The notes under the pieces are model-generated. The model did no database searches and was not told where the DNA came from. It saw only the letters and a list, made by a program, of their open reading frames with translations. Source: a virus (taxonomy: Duplodnaviria > Caudoviricetes). Taken from it: 64,000 bases of DNA. The number at the start of each line of letters is the position of its first letter. The first letter of the stretch is position 1. Positions 18,890 to 29,801 of this stretch are shown in pieces. Where the stretch lies: positions 1 through 64,000 of IMG/VR virus record IMGVR_UViG_3300031998_000006. One strand, given 5' to 3'. The translations under genes were made by a program, and so were the position numbers.

Positions 18890-19683
18890 TGGTTCAGCTT
18901 CCTCATTCTCTCGTAGATTTTGCAGATGCAATCAAGGCACTCGTTTCTTCGCAGAGTGATGTTACCCAGCTTGTTACCAAATGGGATGAGATTGTAAACA
19001 CCACCACTCCGACAACGGTCAAGATTCGTTTGAGCGATGGAACGGAGCATTCCGTGGACAACCTCGCCAAGATTCGTAACGACTTGATTGAGGGTCTTTC
19101 GCTGAACCGCCCCACCGTTGACGAGATAAACTTTAGGTCTAAATATGGTTCTAGTGGTCATTTGATTGCTACCCGCTATTCCGGGTATGCAACTTATGCT
19201 GGGGTGGATAGCCAAGGGAGCGGTCCGTCCGAAGACCCATTTGACAAGTACCAGGGCTATGCCGGTTTCGTGAGGGCTATAAGGAATGACTTCTTTACCA
19301 CTTGCATCCCGAACAAGGCTGTGACTACCTTCAATATGTTCGAGTTGCCTAGGGTAATGTGGCTCGGATTTATTGACGCTAGAAATAACGATGCCACCAT
19401 AGACAACTATACCTTTACGGTGCAAGCCCCTCCGCAATCGCTGATGGCTCAAGATGTAACGGCTGCTTGGCAGTATTGTGGCATCGTCACGCTCATCAAT
19501 GCTTACACGAATAGGGTGGGAACTCCGCTTGGGGATGTGACGGTCAACTTCATATATGATGTAAGTGGCTCAACTAGAACGATTGTCATTCCGCAACAGT
19601 CCTATGTGACTCTGTTGTTCTGGGCGCATCCGGGGCAGGATTCTGTGAATATTGGAAAGATTGGAGAAGGTTCTACGGTATAA
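18889..19683 (+). CDS. Baseplate or fibre structural protein
   Basis: Coupled to the wedge gene. N-terminal helix plus beta hairpin similar in layout to the next two ORFs. Confidence 0.55.
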   Translation: MVQLPHSLVDFADAIKALVSSQSDVTQLVTKWDEIVNTTTPTTVKIRLSDGTEHSVDNLAKIRNDLIEGLSLNRPTVDEINFRSKYGSSGHLIATRYSGYATYAGVDSQGSGPSEDPFDKYQGYAGFVRAIRNDFFTTCIPNKAVTTFNMFELPRVMWLGFIDARNNDATIDNYTFTVQAPPQSLMAQDVTAAWQYCGIVTLINAYTNRVGTPLGDVTVNFIYDVSGSTRTIVIPQQSYVTLLFWAHPGQDSVNIGKIGEGSTV

Positions 19684-19695
19684 GGAAGGAAACCA

Positions 19696-20883
19696 ATGGC
19701 AAGCATAGCAGACAACTCTACGGCTCTTCAAGTGATGTCCGAAGCGAATGCGGACTTCCTTTCGCTTATTCTCAACTTGCGTGCATTCTTGAACGGAAAA
19801 GAACCCGTGACCTTCACTGTGGGCGGTCAGGAGATTACGGTCAATAGTCTTCTCAAGGTCATCGACGATTACCGCAGCGGAAATTTCGAGCAGATTACTC
19901 TCGGTGGGCAGGATAGCGAAACCCGAATCACATTGTCCGTCAATGCTAATGGCGACTTGTCTATTACGGACATCCACGGAAATCTAGCCACCCTTACTTG
20001 CGAGAAGTTGAGTACATCCACTTTAGACAAGTGCAGGGTCAATGAAGTGACCGCAAACGGGGCTACTATCAATTCGGCAGAAGGAACGGTCAATGTCCGT
20101 GGTGGCAATTTCAGCTTCTCCCAGCTCAAGTTGAACAATCTCGATGTTGGTGTCCTCAATGCCGGTGGCATTACCGCCAAGGATGTGCAAGTGAATGGAA
20201 GGGTCACTTGTACGGATATGTTCGTGACTGGCACCCGTAGGTTCACTCCGCAGTATGTCCGCAATGTGTTCTATCGCAACAATGCCCCTCTCAACAACGC
20301 CGCCAGTTTGCTTAACATTACGAACCAAGTGTGGGATATGTCCTCTGGGCTGAACCCCGGCGACTTTGGCTTTGTGAAGTATAATGCTTCCAACTTTGCG
20401 GCTGGCTTCGTTGTGCCGGACCTTATTAAGATTTGTGGCAATACCAAGTATAGTTCGTTCACTTCGGGTAGCTTGTTTTCTACGGCTATGTTGCGAGTTC
20501 CGAACAATGTGAATGCCGAAGTTACTTTTGAGGGTACTACGAGTTCCACGACCATCGACTTGAACGGAACTAATTTTGTGTTTGCCGCTCTTATGTTGTG
20601 GCCCACCGGCATATTTGTGGATAGCGGTGAGGGTTCTTTGAGGTTGTGTACCTTTGCGGATTCCGACATCGGTAAGGAGGTTTACTATCAAGTGCTGGAG
20701 AACACTTGGAAGATTTATAGGTCTATGACCCTAAATTATTCTAGTCCTACGGAGATAGTTCCTAGTTCCGTTGTCTTTGGCGACCTCACGGACTTGCAGG
20801 CATATTCGTGTCGTAGGTTCATCGTAAACCGCCATACCATCACGGATGATACCTCGAAGAAGGTAGTTTACGCACTGGAGTAG
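19696..20883 (+). CDS. Baseplate or fibre structural protein (beta-helix-like centre)
   Basis: 395 aa, Asn/Thr/Gly-rich repeating beta strands. Confidence 0.55.
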   Translation: MASIADNSTALQVMSEANADFLSLILNLRAFLNGKEPVTFTVGGQEITVNSLLKVIDDYRSGNFEQITLGGQDSETRITLSVNANGDLSITDIHGNLATLTCEKLSTSTLDKCRVNEVTANGATINSAEGTVNVRGGNFSFSQLKLNNLDVGVLNAGGITAKDVQVNGRVTCTDMFVTGTRRFTPQYVRNVFYRNNAPLNNAASLLNITNQVWDMSSGLNPGDFGFVKYNASNFAAGFVVPDLIKICGNTKYSSFTSGSLFSTAMLRVPNNVNAEVTFEGTTSSTTIDLNGTNFVFAALMLWPTGIFVDSGEGSLRLCTFADSDIGKEVYYQVLENTWKIYRSMTLNYSSPTEIVPSSVVFGDLTDLQAYSCRRFIVNRHTITDDTSKKVVYALE

Positions 20884-20889
20884 CCCGAT

Positions 20890-22071
20890 ATGACGATGTT
20901 GAATGCACATACCGCCACTCGCAGTTTTAGGGAATTGCAGTATGACATCAAGGTTTTCCTTGATGGTATCGAGCAGATTTCTCCGCTTGAGAGTTCGCAA
21001 GGCATCAGCATTGTGGAACTCAAGTGGGCTGACGGCTCTATAGACCTTGTTCCCTCCACGGAGTTTATCCTTGGACTCGTTTCTCGTCTGTTCCCGAAGC
21101 TGACCCTCGGTGGCAAGGCTGAACTCCTGCCAGATGGCAAGGACATTCCCTTGCAGAACGGGAAGTACCACAAGTATTATTTGGACTTGAAGGTGTCCAA
21201 TGCCGGTGTGCAAGCTGACATCAAGGAGTTCGGCGACGGAACGGAATCCATCACAATCAATGGTGGCGCTATCAAGACCCTCAAGGCTGATACTTTGACT
21301 CTCGGTAGTGGCGTCCGTATCGGCAAGATGCAACCTAGCGGAACGGTCCACACGGATTACTGCATTATGAACGGGGGCATCACTGTTCGAGATACCTTGT
21401 ATCTATCCGATAGTAGCATCTTCAAGAATCTCCACTTGAACAAGATACATCTTGATTTCCCTATTAAGATTGTCACGGACAACACTCCCAAAGCGGACTT
21501 GTCCACCTACACGAACATTGGGCTGTGGGCAGACGAGATGGTTTTCGGGCTGTACACCGTTAAGCACACGATGAGCTATGCTGATTACTTCAATGAGGAT
21601 GTTCAAGCGGAACTGGATAAGCACAAGGCACACATCTTCGTGCAGATACCCATTCCAAGTGTTGCGAACAACGGGGTAGTGACCTACTCCTACAAGCAGA
21701 CTACGGCAACCTCGTTTCCCGATAGGATGGATAAGCCATTCACTACGAGTTCTCCGGCAAGCCTTTTGACCTTGTACCCGATGAAGAGCTTTAGCCGTGT
21801 GTCCGCATACGGAACGATGTACTTGAAGGTTGAAATCCCCGAAATGAATAATTACCTTACTACCGTGTGCAATCCTACGGACTCTTCCGTTAGGGTCTGC
21901 AATGCCTGGATGTTCACGGAGGAAACGGTCGAGGATAGGGGTACGATTGTTCCGTTGAGCTATGTTGTACTCCCACCCTATTCGTGTACGGATTTCTTGT
22001 TCAAGAACGAAATCAAGGGCGGTTACTATTGTGCGTATATGATGCCTACCGTTGAGTTGGCATCCAAGTAA
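20890..22071 (+). CDS. Baseplate or fibre structural protein
   Basis: 393 aa. The C-terminal L..YSC..F motif is shared with the preceding ORF. Confidence 0.55.
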   Translation: MTMLNAHTATRSFRELQYDIKVFLDGIEQISPLESSQGISIVELKWADGSIDLVPSTEFILGLVSRLFPKLTLGGKAELLPDGKDIPLQNGKYHKYYLDLKVSNAGVQADIKEFGDGTESITINGGAIKTLKADTLTLGSGVRIGKMQPSGTVHTDYCIMNGGITVRDTLYLSDSSIFKNLHLNKIHLDFPIKIVTDNTPKADLSTYTNIGLWADEMVFGLYTVKHTMSYADYFNEDVQAELDKHKAHIFVQIPIPSVANNGVVTYSYKQTTATSFPDRMDKPFTTSSPASLLTLYPMKSFSRVSAYGTMYLKVEIPEMNNYLTTVCNPTDSSVRVCNAWMFTEETVEDRGTIVPLSYVVLPPYSCTDFLFKNEIKGGYYCAYMMPTVELASK

Positions 22072-22084
22072 GAGGGTTTTATAG

Positions 22085-25045
22085 ATGCAAGATTATTTTA
22101 TCAATACATCGTATGAATGGTTAGACCCTATAACTAAATCGGAGCGTAGAAGGTATACCGTTGTAGCCACCACGAAGGATGGCGTTATTCTCCGTCCTAT
22201 CGTGGAAGAAGGGGCTGACCCGATACCCTCTTACTGGAAGGAGTTCATCCGTGAGAATACGGACGAACCCATCCCCGAAGATGCCCTACTTACAGTGAAC
22301 CTTACCCAGTTGCCAGCGGAAGTCATCTCTGTGGATGCCTACGTGGAATATGTGGTGGAGTACCCCCGTGTGGAAGTCCGTGTGGGCAACATTTCCATAG
22401 ATGTTTCCAACCGCGTTTCCTGCAACCACCCGAACCCCGAAACTCCGGGTTTGTATGCCCTCGACTTTATGTTGTCCATAGATGACGGAACGGGTTACAC
22501 AACCCAACCCATCTGGCGTTCTTGGGTGTCCATCGACGAACCCCCGATTCTCCGTAGGGTCATTACCCCGTGGAATAGGGAGAGCCGTACCATTGCGGAC
22601 TTGAACCGATTGGTTATTGAACCGCAGTTTATGGAAGCACTCTACGAAGCCGGTGTTCCGCTCTACAACTTTCAGCAGGCGAACGCCCCCGCTGCCGTGA
22701 GCCAGTTCTATGCAACTAGCTACAAGGCTGCTCGTGCTTTCGTCCGGGGCGGTAGGCTCTTCATCAGCGGTCCGCAGTTGCCCGTGGGTACGGAAGTTGT
22801 CGTGAACGGGGTCAAGAGGGTTCTCGGTGTAAAGGTTCTCGTTTCTCCGTTCGGGCAGTTCGCTACCTATACGGAAGGGGATATTGTTTCTTACGGTGGT
22901 AATGATTACTATGCCCTGATGGACATCCCGAAGCACGAAGTTCCCGACCCAGACAACCCCGAACAGACTAGGGAGGGGAGCATCATCCCTGATACCTACT
23001 ACGATGATGACGGCACTCCTACACTCTGTTGGATAAGTGGTGTGTACTACCTTCTCGACGAACCCATAGGCGGTATGCCCGATGGCGAGTACGAGATTAC
23101 ATCGCTCTGGAGTGTCATCGACGTAGGTGGCTATCTGTTCAAGATGGACTTGCTCCGTGCATTTCCGGTTCGCCACTACTGGGGTCACTATGACCGCAAG
23201 TATTTCTATGACTATGCACCCGGCGACCTCGTGTCCGTGGTGTCTAACAATGTGATTTCGCTCTATCAGCGAAACGAAACATCCATCTCCGAGAAGGACC
23301 TTGAGGAAGCATACCGTCCGGGGCATTACAAGAATCCGCATTGGACGGAGGTCTATAGTGCATCTAACGACTCTATGCTCCGTGACCCCGCAATCATTCC
23401 GTACACCAATGCTACGAATGCGGTGGTCAGCAAGACCTACCCAGTCCGTGGAGAAGCATTCCGAATCTATGCAAGGCTCGTTGGGATGCCGGTTGAACTC
23501 ATCAATGCGATGGGGTCGAAGTACAGCGTCCTTCTGTGGGCTATGCTCTATCGCACTAGGGAAACCTACCCTGGTTTCCGTTCCGCTCTCCGTGCAATCG
23601 GCTTGGATGCGGAAGACCTCCATAGGGAAACCCCCTCCGTGAAATACTTCGATTCCGATGGAACGGAAATCAAGAACATCTACACGGAAATTGACAAGGT
23701 AAAGCAGATTGCCGAATCCGTAAAGGCTGACAAGGTTTGGACTGGAAGTGGCGACCCCAACACTAGCGATATGAGCGACCCCCGAAATACTATCAATGCC
23801 GATATTCCGTGGATTCGTTATTCCAGACCCGGAGAGGATGCGGATGTGGTGTGGGCTTGGTCTTTGGAAAATAGCGAGTGGACGCCCATCTACTCGTTCA
23901 AGCACATCGGTTCGGATAGGGATGTCAAGGACTTCCGCTTTGACGTGAACAACCGCTACTATCGTGCAACAGTGAACTTGCTTGATAGGCTTGCGGAGGA
24001 TTGTGCCGTAATCGACGAAAATCAAAAGCAGTGGATTGACCACAACTACTTCGGTAGCATCGCACCCTCTCTGGCTGAACTTCTCGGCTACGAAATCCCT
24101 ATCTACATCTACTTCCGCTTGAAGGTAAACTTGATAGCGATTGGTAGGGCGAGGGTCAACGGGGTGTCCGGGGCTGTTGGCTTGTTAGACGCTTGGGGAG
24201 GTGCAATCGGGCTGAAACTCTTCCCGTCGAAATACTTTGACTTCATCACGATGTCCGTCAAGTATTACTACCCGAAGCTGCTCTTCTCTTACACGAAGCT
24301 GGACACTCCGTATGACGATGACACCGGATGGATTGAATATATGGACTATGTGGCTGGCAACGGATTCCGCTATTTTCCGTTCGAGCAGGCGGTGTACATC
24401 CGCTTGAAGTTCGTGCCTACGGAAACCGGAATCGTGTTCAAGGAAGATGCCGATGGCAAGTGGATTTCCAAGTTTACCATCGGATGCCTAGGCAATGACG
24501 GCTCTTCGGGTACTGGCGATTACAAGCCTAATCCCGATGACCACGGATTCAGCGGATTCATGGATGCTACCCAGATGGGGAGCGGTGCTGACTTGTACTT
24601 GTGCAAGGGATTGGTGGGATGCACTATGCGAATCGCACCTAGCCAGCTTACCCCGTCCGTAGAATGTCTGCAATACCAGTACATCTTCGACAGACCCGAA
24701 GAATGGGTTATGGACGAAATCTTGAAGTTTGGCGGTTGGAAGTCGATTGGAGTGAAGATGCTCGGCTATTGGTCTGGACCCGTTTCCGATTTCAAGACCG
24801 CCGTAGTGAGAATCACTTCATCGGACATCTCGCAGTCTATTTCCTTCAAGTGGGTACCGGATGAACCGGCAACGATGCTGATTGGTGGTGGCGCTCCCAA
24901 GCTCGTCTATCTGTGGGATTGGAGGGGCTACCTCTTGGGTATGCTCCAGTTCGATTCCGTGGACAACCTCGTTACAGACCCCTCGGAAGTGGAAGTGGAT
25001 GGTACCGGCTTTGCCCCGATGTACAAGGTAATATTCAACGCATAA
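22085..25045 (+). CDS. Large baseplate wedge protein (gp7-like position)
   Basis: 986 aa in the baseplate operon with YTEGDIVSY and YAPGDLVS modules. Confidence 0.55.
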   Translation: MQDYFINTSYEWLDPITKSERRRYTVVATTKDGVILRPIVEEGADPIPSYWKEFIRENTDEPIPEDALLTVNLTQLPAEVISVDAYVEYVVEYPRVEVRVGNISIDVSNRVSCNHPNPETPGLYALDFMLSIDDGTGYTTQPIWRSWVSIDEPPILRRVITPWNRESRTIADLNRLVIEPQFMEALYEAGVPLYNFQQANAPAAVSQFYATSYKAARAFVRGGRLFISGPQLPVGTEVVVNGVKRVLGVKVLVSPFGQFATYTEGDIVSYGGNDYYALMDIPKHEVPDPDNPEQTREGSIIPDTYYDDDGTPTLCWISGVYYLLDEPIGGMPDGEYEITSLWSVIDVGGYLFKMDLLRAFPVRHYWGHYDRKYFYDYAPGDLVSVVSNNVISLYQRNETSISEKDLEEAYRPGHYKNPHWTEVYSASNDSMLRDPAIIPYTNATNAVVSKTYPVRGEAFRIYARLVGMPVELINAMGSKYSVLLWAMLYRTRETYPGFRSALRAIGLDAEDLHRETPSVKYFDSDGTEIKNIYTEIDKVKQIAESVKADKVWTGSGDPNTSDMSDPRNTINADIPWIRYSRPGEDADVVWAWSLENSEWTPIYSFKHIGSDRDVKDFRFDVNNRYYRATVNLLDRLAEDCAVIDENQKQWIDHNYFGSIAPSLAELLGYEIPIYIYFRLKVNLIAIGRARVNGVSGAVGLLDAWGGAIGLKLFPSKYFDFITMSVKYYYPKLLFSYTKLDTPYDDDTGWIEYMDYVAGNGFRYFPFEQAVYIRLKFVPTETGIVFKEDADGKWISKFTIGCLGNDGSSGTGDYKPNPDDHGFSGFMDATQMGSGADLYLCKGLVGCTMRIAPSQLTPSVECLQYQYIFDRPEEWVMDEILKFGGWKSIGVKMLGYWSGPVSDFKTAVVRITSSDISQSISFKWVPDEPATMLIGGGAPKLVYLWDWRGYLLGMLQFDSVDNLVTDPSEVEVDGTGFAPMYKVIFNA

Positions 25046-25062
25046 AAAGGTATATTGTAGTT

Positions 25063-25290
25063 ATGTCGAAGTTTAGGAAGAATGAAGCATTGAACTTGGA
25101 TATTCAAGAGTTAAAATCCGAAACCAACCGCAGACTACCAGCGGGGTATTCTGCCGCTTGTATGCTCTCCGAAGATGGGGTGGCAATGGAAATCTACGAT
25201 GGGGATGTGATGATTATTTCCATACCTATAGGCGGTATGGACCAGAAGGAAGCATTGGACAAGATTGAAAAGGAAATCGAGGAGCTTTAG
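25063..25290 (+). CDS. Small hypothetical protein
   Basis: The ATG at 25063 avoids overlap with the upstream gene. 75 aa. Confidence 0.65.
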   Translation: MSKFRKNEALNLDIQELKSETNRRLPAGYSAACMLSEDGVAMEIYDGDVMIISIPIGGMDQKEALDKIEKEIEEL

Positions 25291-25292
25291 CT

Positions 25293-26126
25293 ATGTCAGT
25301 TCAAATAGATATGCCTACAAACGAAGGAACTCTTGCCCTCGCCCGTGCGGTTTCTACGGGTGCGAAGATTGTCATTAAGGGTGCGAGGGTCTGCAAGACG
25401 GACGGTGCTTTAGGGACCGTAGCAGATGTAGCCAACGCCACTTGGGGTACACCGCCCGAAGGTAGCACGGCACAGGATTTGTCCGCATACGTGCTTGAGA
25501 ATGTGGGTATGATTCCGTGTACTTGCTTCCTTCCGTCCATCGTGGACACGGAGGGGCTTGATAGGGGCAATGCCATCGCAGCCCTCGACATTGAGTTTAC
25601 TTGGATGCCTGATGGTCAGTACGAGTACGATACCATTGCCGTGCTTGCGGAGATGTACTACGAGTTCGCTTCCTTCCAGAAGGGTAGGAACTACAATGTT
25701 GGTGCAACCGTGTATGTGACCTTCAACGACAACTCCATCTGCTATTACAGATGCATTGAGTCCGTGGAACGGAGCGAGTTGCCCCAGAACGATAGCACCC
25801 ACTGGGAAATCGTTCTCCCGAACTCCGAACTTGAATCGTCCGTGACCGCAGCCGGAGAACCTATCTACAAGTCCATTTCGGATAGGCTCACGCTTTTGTA
25901 TGTGACTATCGCATCCAATGCCATCGTGGTCAGCCCCGAAATGGAAATAGACTACAAGGTAAGGGTGTACCTTGAGGGAATTAACACGGTTGAGAAGTTG
26001 AAGGAAATCGTTCTGTTCGATACCCTCGGACCGGAATTTATGGCTTCCGCTGAACTTGACCTTCTCGCATATTTTGCTACCCAGTTGCGTTACATCCGTG
26101 ATGTGGCGAACAAGGTAAAGGACTAG
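25293..26126 (+). CDS. Baseplate or tail-fibre attachment protein
   Basis: PTNEGTLALARA start resembles tail-collar fibre N-termini. Contains a YNVGATV...YRCI...HWE insert. Confidence 0.5.
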   Translation: MSVQIDMPTNEGTLALARAVSTGAKIVIKGARVCKTDGALGTVADVANATWGTPPEGSTAQDLSAYVLENVGMIPCTCFLPSIVDTEGLDRGNAIAALDIEFTWMPDGQYEYDTIAVLAEMYYEFASFQKGRNYNVGATVYVTFNDNSICYYRCIESVERSELPQNDSTHWEIVLPNSELESSVTAAGEPIYKSISDRLTLLYVTIASNAIVVSPEMEIDYKVRVYLEGINTVEKLKEIVLFDTLGPEFMASAELDLLAYFATQLRYIRDVANKVKD

Positions 26127-26130
26127 AATC

Positions 26131-26748
26131 ATGGCTGTATCGTTGAGAGATGTGCTCGATGAAGAATTGAACATCGAAACCGAAGAACTTATTTCGGATT
26201 CGGCAGTAGCCCGTATGTACAAGAAAGCCTTGCACTGGTATCGCAAGTACCGCCTGTTCCCTCGTACCAATACTTTCAATTACTCCATCGAGAGTGGCGA
26301 CTATGTGCCGGACATCTTGATGGACCAAGTGGTTACGATTGATGGAAAGACCGGCAAGTTGTCCGAGTTCGTGGACACCCAGACGAGGACTTTCAACGGA
26401 ACGGCAACAATCCAGGTTGTCATCGCCTTGAATGCCAACAATGCTTATTTGGCTGGGCTGCCCGAAGAGTTGGAGAATCTGTTCGTGGCTCATTGCAAGA
26501 TTGCCATTGGTCAGCGATTGAAGTTCTCCAAGTACCCCTCGCAGCCGTTCGAGTTGGATGGCGATGGAATGTTCAACGAGGGTACGGAGGGTGTGAAGTA
26601 TTGGAAGGAATTTATTATGATTAACCGTGACGAAGACCCGGAGAACATCACGGACTTGAGGAACGAAGCCTACACGGGCATCCCCGCTCCGTACTTCTTG
26701 CCGGGTATGGTTATTGGCGGTTCAAAGACCGGATTTTGGAGAAGATAG
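26131..26748 (+). CDS. Neck/head-tail adaptor, gp13-like
   Basis: KALHWY near the N-terminus and SKY...ELDGDGMFNEG resemble T4 gp13-type neck proteins. Confidence 0.55.
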   Translation: MAVSLRDVLDEELNIETEELISDSAVARMYKKALHWYRKYRLFPRTNTFNYSIESGDYVPDILMDQVVTIDGKTGKLSEFVDTQTRTFNGTATIQVVIALNANNAYLAGLPEELENLFVAHCKIAIGQRLKFSKYPSQPFELDGDGMFNEGTEGVKYWKEFIMINRDEDPENITDLRNEAYTGIPAPYFLPGMVIGGSKTGFWRR

Positions 26749-26750
26749 TT

Positions 26751-27059
26751 ATGGGTAACAGATTGACTAGGGGCAACTTGCTTGCCACATTGAAGGAATT
26801 GAAGAAGATGCCCCGCCCGAAGGTGGGGGTGGCAAATGCTCCGGCATCAGTGCAGGCTATTGTAGGTAATTCAAAGCCAGTTAAAAAGGTTGATACTCAT
26901 AGTAATGTTACTATGGCTATTCAGCACCGAAGGGTACTATTTAGTGATAGTCATATTCCAATGATAGGTAGTGCCGAATATAATAAAGTGGTTTCCGAAT
27001 TTGAAGATTTTATGATAAAATTCCATGAGTTAAAACAACAGAAGGATAAGAGAGTTTAA
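26751..27059 (+). CDS. Basic hypothetical protein
   Basis: 102 aa. Base composition becomes AT-rich partway through. Confidence 0.55.
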   Translation: MGNRLTRGNLLATLKELKKMPRPKVGVANAPASVQAIVGNSKPVKKVDTHSNVTMAIQHRRVLFSDSHIPMIGSAEYNKVVSEFEDFMIKFHELKQQKDKRV

Positions 27060-27715
27060 TGCAGTTTGTATCGTCCGCACCCCACTTTAATGATACTTTG
27101 GATTCTTTGAAGAATGAGTATAGTTCGGATGCTACTAATTCTGTGGTTATATTAGGGGCGCACGATTTAAGTAGGCATCAATCTTTTGAATATTATAAAA
27201 ATAAGTATGATAAGGTGATTGTATTTAATCAAGAGCCACTTTTGGCAGAGCAACGCAATTTTTTGCATCCGCTCTATTATTATTGGTTGAAGAAAGCTGA
27301 TGAAGTGTGGGATTATGATGAAGAAAATATTAAAGTGCTTTCTTTAATTAGAGATGATGTTAAGTTGCATATTTTGAAACCTTATAAGGATTGGAGTGCA
27401 TATTGTAATAGTCCTAAAGATATAGATATTTTATTTTACGGGTCTATGAATGCTCATAGAAAAAGAGTAATAGACGCATTATCTACGAAATATAAGGTAG
27501 TAACATTACATACTTTTGATAGTCTTCTATTAGATAGATATATTTCTAGGAGCAGGATATTGCTTAACATACATTTTTATGATGAATGTGCTTTACAGGA
27601 GCAAGCACGAATGATTCGATGGATAGGTTCTCCGTGTCGAATAGTTAGTGAAAAATCTGTTACGAATTACTTGGGTGTTGAAGAATTAAGTTATGCGGAG
27701 TTGTTTACATTATGA
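27059..27715 (+). CDS. Glycosyltransferase-like protein (GT-B C-terminal type)
   Basis: FNQEPL, KDIDILFYGS..R, RILLNIH and IVSE motifs. Confidence 0.65.
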   Translation: MQFVSSAPHFNDTLDSLKNEYSSDATNSVVILGAHDLSRHQSFEYYKNKYDKVIVFNQEPLLAEQRNFLHPLYYYWLKKADEVWDYDEENIKVLSLIRDDVKLHILKPYKDWSAYCNSPKDIDILFYGSMNAHRKRVIDALSTKYKVVTLHTFDSLLLDRYISRSRILLNIHFYDECALQEQARMIRWIGSPCRIVSEKSVTNYLGVEELSYAELFTL

Positions 27716-28602
27716 ATGACCCTATAGATATAGTTATACCCTGGGTAAACCCGTTTGACGTAGTGTGGCAACAAGATTTTAGACATTATAAACTATTAGA
27801 TAGTGGAGATTGTGATTTCGGAAGATTTCGAGATTGTAATACATTGAGATATGTATTGCGTAGTATAGAGAAAAATTGTCTGTGGTGTAGGTATGTATTT
27901 TTGGTGTTAGCTAGTTCTACACAAATACCTAGTTGGTTGAATACTATTTGCCCTAGATTAAAGATAGTTTATCATAAAGATTATATCCCCTCCGAGTATT
28001 TGCCTACATTTAATACTAATGTTATTGAGATTTTCTATAGCAATATTGAAGAATTGAGTGATAACTTTATTTTATGTAATGATGATACTTTTTTTTGCGA
28101 AACTTTGCCTGATACTTTTTTCTTTATTGATAATAAGCCAGTTTATAATTTGGCTAAAGAATATGGGTTTTCTGACACTGATTGGGGAGTGCAGTTATCA
28201 AATAGTTTAAATGCGGCTAAACTGGTTATGCAGACTAATGTGGATGCATATTCAACTCATCATTTGCCAGTATCATATAGTAAAGGTATAAATGCATTTT
28301 GTTTATATAAGTTAGGGTCTTATATCTGGGGTAGCTTGGGTAATTCTAGATTTAGGACACGTACAGATATTTTGCAGAATTTATTTTATTATGTTACTAT
28401 TAAACTAGGTAGATTTGTAGCGGATTCAAGGGTTCGTGGTAAGTTTTATTTCTTTGATAATTCTAAACCTATTTATGATTTTAATTATCCTATGGTTTGT
28501 TTAAACGAGAGTGGAATGATTTCAAATGAGGATATAGGCTATATGGTGGCTCAATTAGATAGACAGTTTCCTAGTATATCTTGTTTTGAAAAGCCTGAAT
28601 GA
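27712..28602 (+). CDS. Stealth-family protein
   Basis: IDIVIPWV, RFRD..LRYVLRSIEKN, LPTFNT..IE, FILCNDD and VCLNE. Confidence 0.9.
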   Translation: MNDPIDIVIPWVNPFDVVWQQDFRHYKLLDSGDCDFGRFRDCNTLRYVLRSIEKNCLWCRYVFLVLASSTQIPSWLNTICPRLKIVYHKDYIPSEYLPTFNTNVIEIFYSNIEELSDNFILCNDDTFFCETLPDTFFFIDNKPVYNLAKEYGFSDTDWGVQLSNSLNAAKLVMQTNVDAYSTHHLPVSYSKGINAFCLYKLGSYIWGSLGNSRFRTRTDILQNLFYYVTIKLGRFVADSRVRGKFYFFDNSKPIYDFNYPMVCLNESGMISNEDIGYMVAQLDRQFPSISCFEKPE

Positions 28603-29101
28603 ATTTTATAGCGGATTCATACGGGGATAATGTTTCGCATCCTTTTAAGATGTGGACATTAGCAAAATTTTCGATTTGATGTAGTTGGTCTTCTGTATAG
28701 ATTGCATCACTATAAATGGTTTTGAAATTACAAATGCAAAAGTGTGGTTTTTCATTGGTAATGAGTTGTCGTTTTAGACGAGTTTCATATTTTTCAATGA
28801 TATATTCCCAAATGTGTTTGTATCTAATATTTCCTATTTTATCTGTAGTTGGTATATTGCAGGATAGGTCTAATTTGTAATGAACATATTGTACGAGTAT
28901 GCTATTACATATTCGTATTGAAAAGTTCCATTGGTCATCTTTAATTAGTTCGTAATCATTAAAGTTGATTTCAGTATAGTTTTTAATTAGGGTAAGCATA
29001 CTATTAAAATCAATAACCGTCCATATAAAGGGGTTACTATATGGAATATTATAGTGATTATAGATATGACCCGTTAGGCAATTTTGACTGATTAGATTCA
29101 T
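28571..29101 (-). CDS. DUF1919-like polysaccharide-locus protein
   Basis: LISQNCLTGHIY...NPF and VHY...KY.TRLKR pattern. Confidence 0.55.
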   Translation of the reverse strand: MNLISQNCLTGHIYNHYNIPYSNPFIWTVIDFNSMLTLIKNYTEINFNDYELIKDDQWNFSIRICNSILVQYVHYKLDLSCNIPTTDKIGNIRYKHIWEYIIEKYETRLKRQLITNEKPHFCICNFKTIYSDAIYTEDQLHQIENFANVHILKGCETLSPYESAIKFIQAFQNKIY

Positions 29102-29102
29102 T

Positions 29103-29798
29103 TTATAAATTTGTTCCTAGTAGTGCATTGTAGATAGTCATATCAGGGGTATGACTTTTTCTTTGAGATGTTATAGACGTTGATTTATTTATAGATTTTA
29201 TTGGGATTATCCAGGATTTATAGGGTATGTTTAGGCTTATGGGTGTCACATTATATTTATGCCTAATAGCCGCATAGAAATCATCGTCATCTATGCAATT
29301 TTTCATTAGTAGCACATCTAATAGTTTGAAATCAATGAGCCTAGAGAAGCGTGGAGGAAATAATTGTGCATAGCCCCATAAAATTTTTGTTTTATATTTA
29401 TTATTTCGGTAACTATGTGTATAGCCTATACAATTTGTTGGATGTGTTTTCCAAACATTATATAATACTTGGGCATAGTTAATTGGATATATTAAGTCGT
29501 CATCGGCAGAGATGACTGGAACATCCTTATACTTGTCCATCGTGAACAATACTTTTTTGAACGATTTGTAGTTTTTGTAAACCCACAGAATCTCAATCAA
29601 GTCTTGGTCCACGAATGCCATTACTGTATCTGGCAACTCCGCTTCCTTTTTGGGAAATTCCTCTTCGCTTAACACAAGTACGATATGGAATCCTGGACAC
29701 CGCTTTACAAGGCTGAACAAGGTCAAGCCCACTGTGTTGATTCTGGCTTTCCATGAAGTCAAACTGATAATTGCCTTTTCTCCGTTGTACTGTTTCAT
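29103..29798 (-). CDS. Glycosyltransferase-like (GT-A) protein
   Basis: ISLTSWKARI, YKSFKK and ISADDD. Paralog of 29802-30452. Confidence 0.75.
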   Translation of the reverse strand: MKQYNGEKAIISLTSWKARINTVGLTLFSLVKRCPGFHIVLVLSEEEFPKKEAELPDTVMAFVDQDLIEILWVYKNYKSFKKVLFTMDKYKDVPVISADDDLIYPINYAQVLYNVWKTHPTNCIGYTHSYRNNKYKTKILWGYAQLFPPRFSRLIDFKLLDVLLMKNCIDDDDFYAAIRHKYNVTPISLNIPYKSWIIPIKSINKSTSITSQRKSHTPDMTIYNALLGTNL

Positions 29799-29801
29799 AT
29801 A

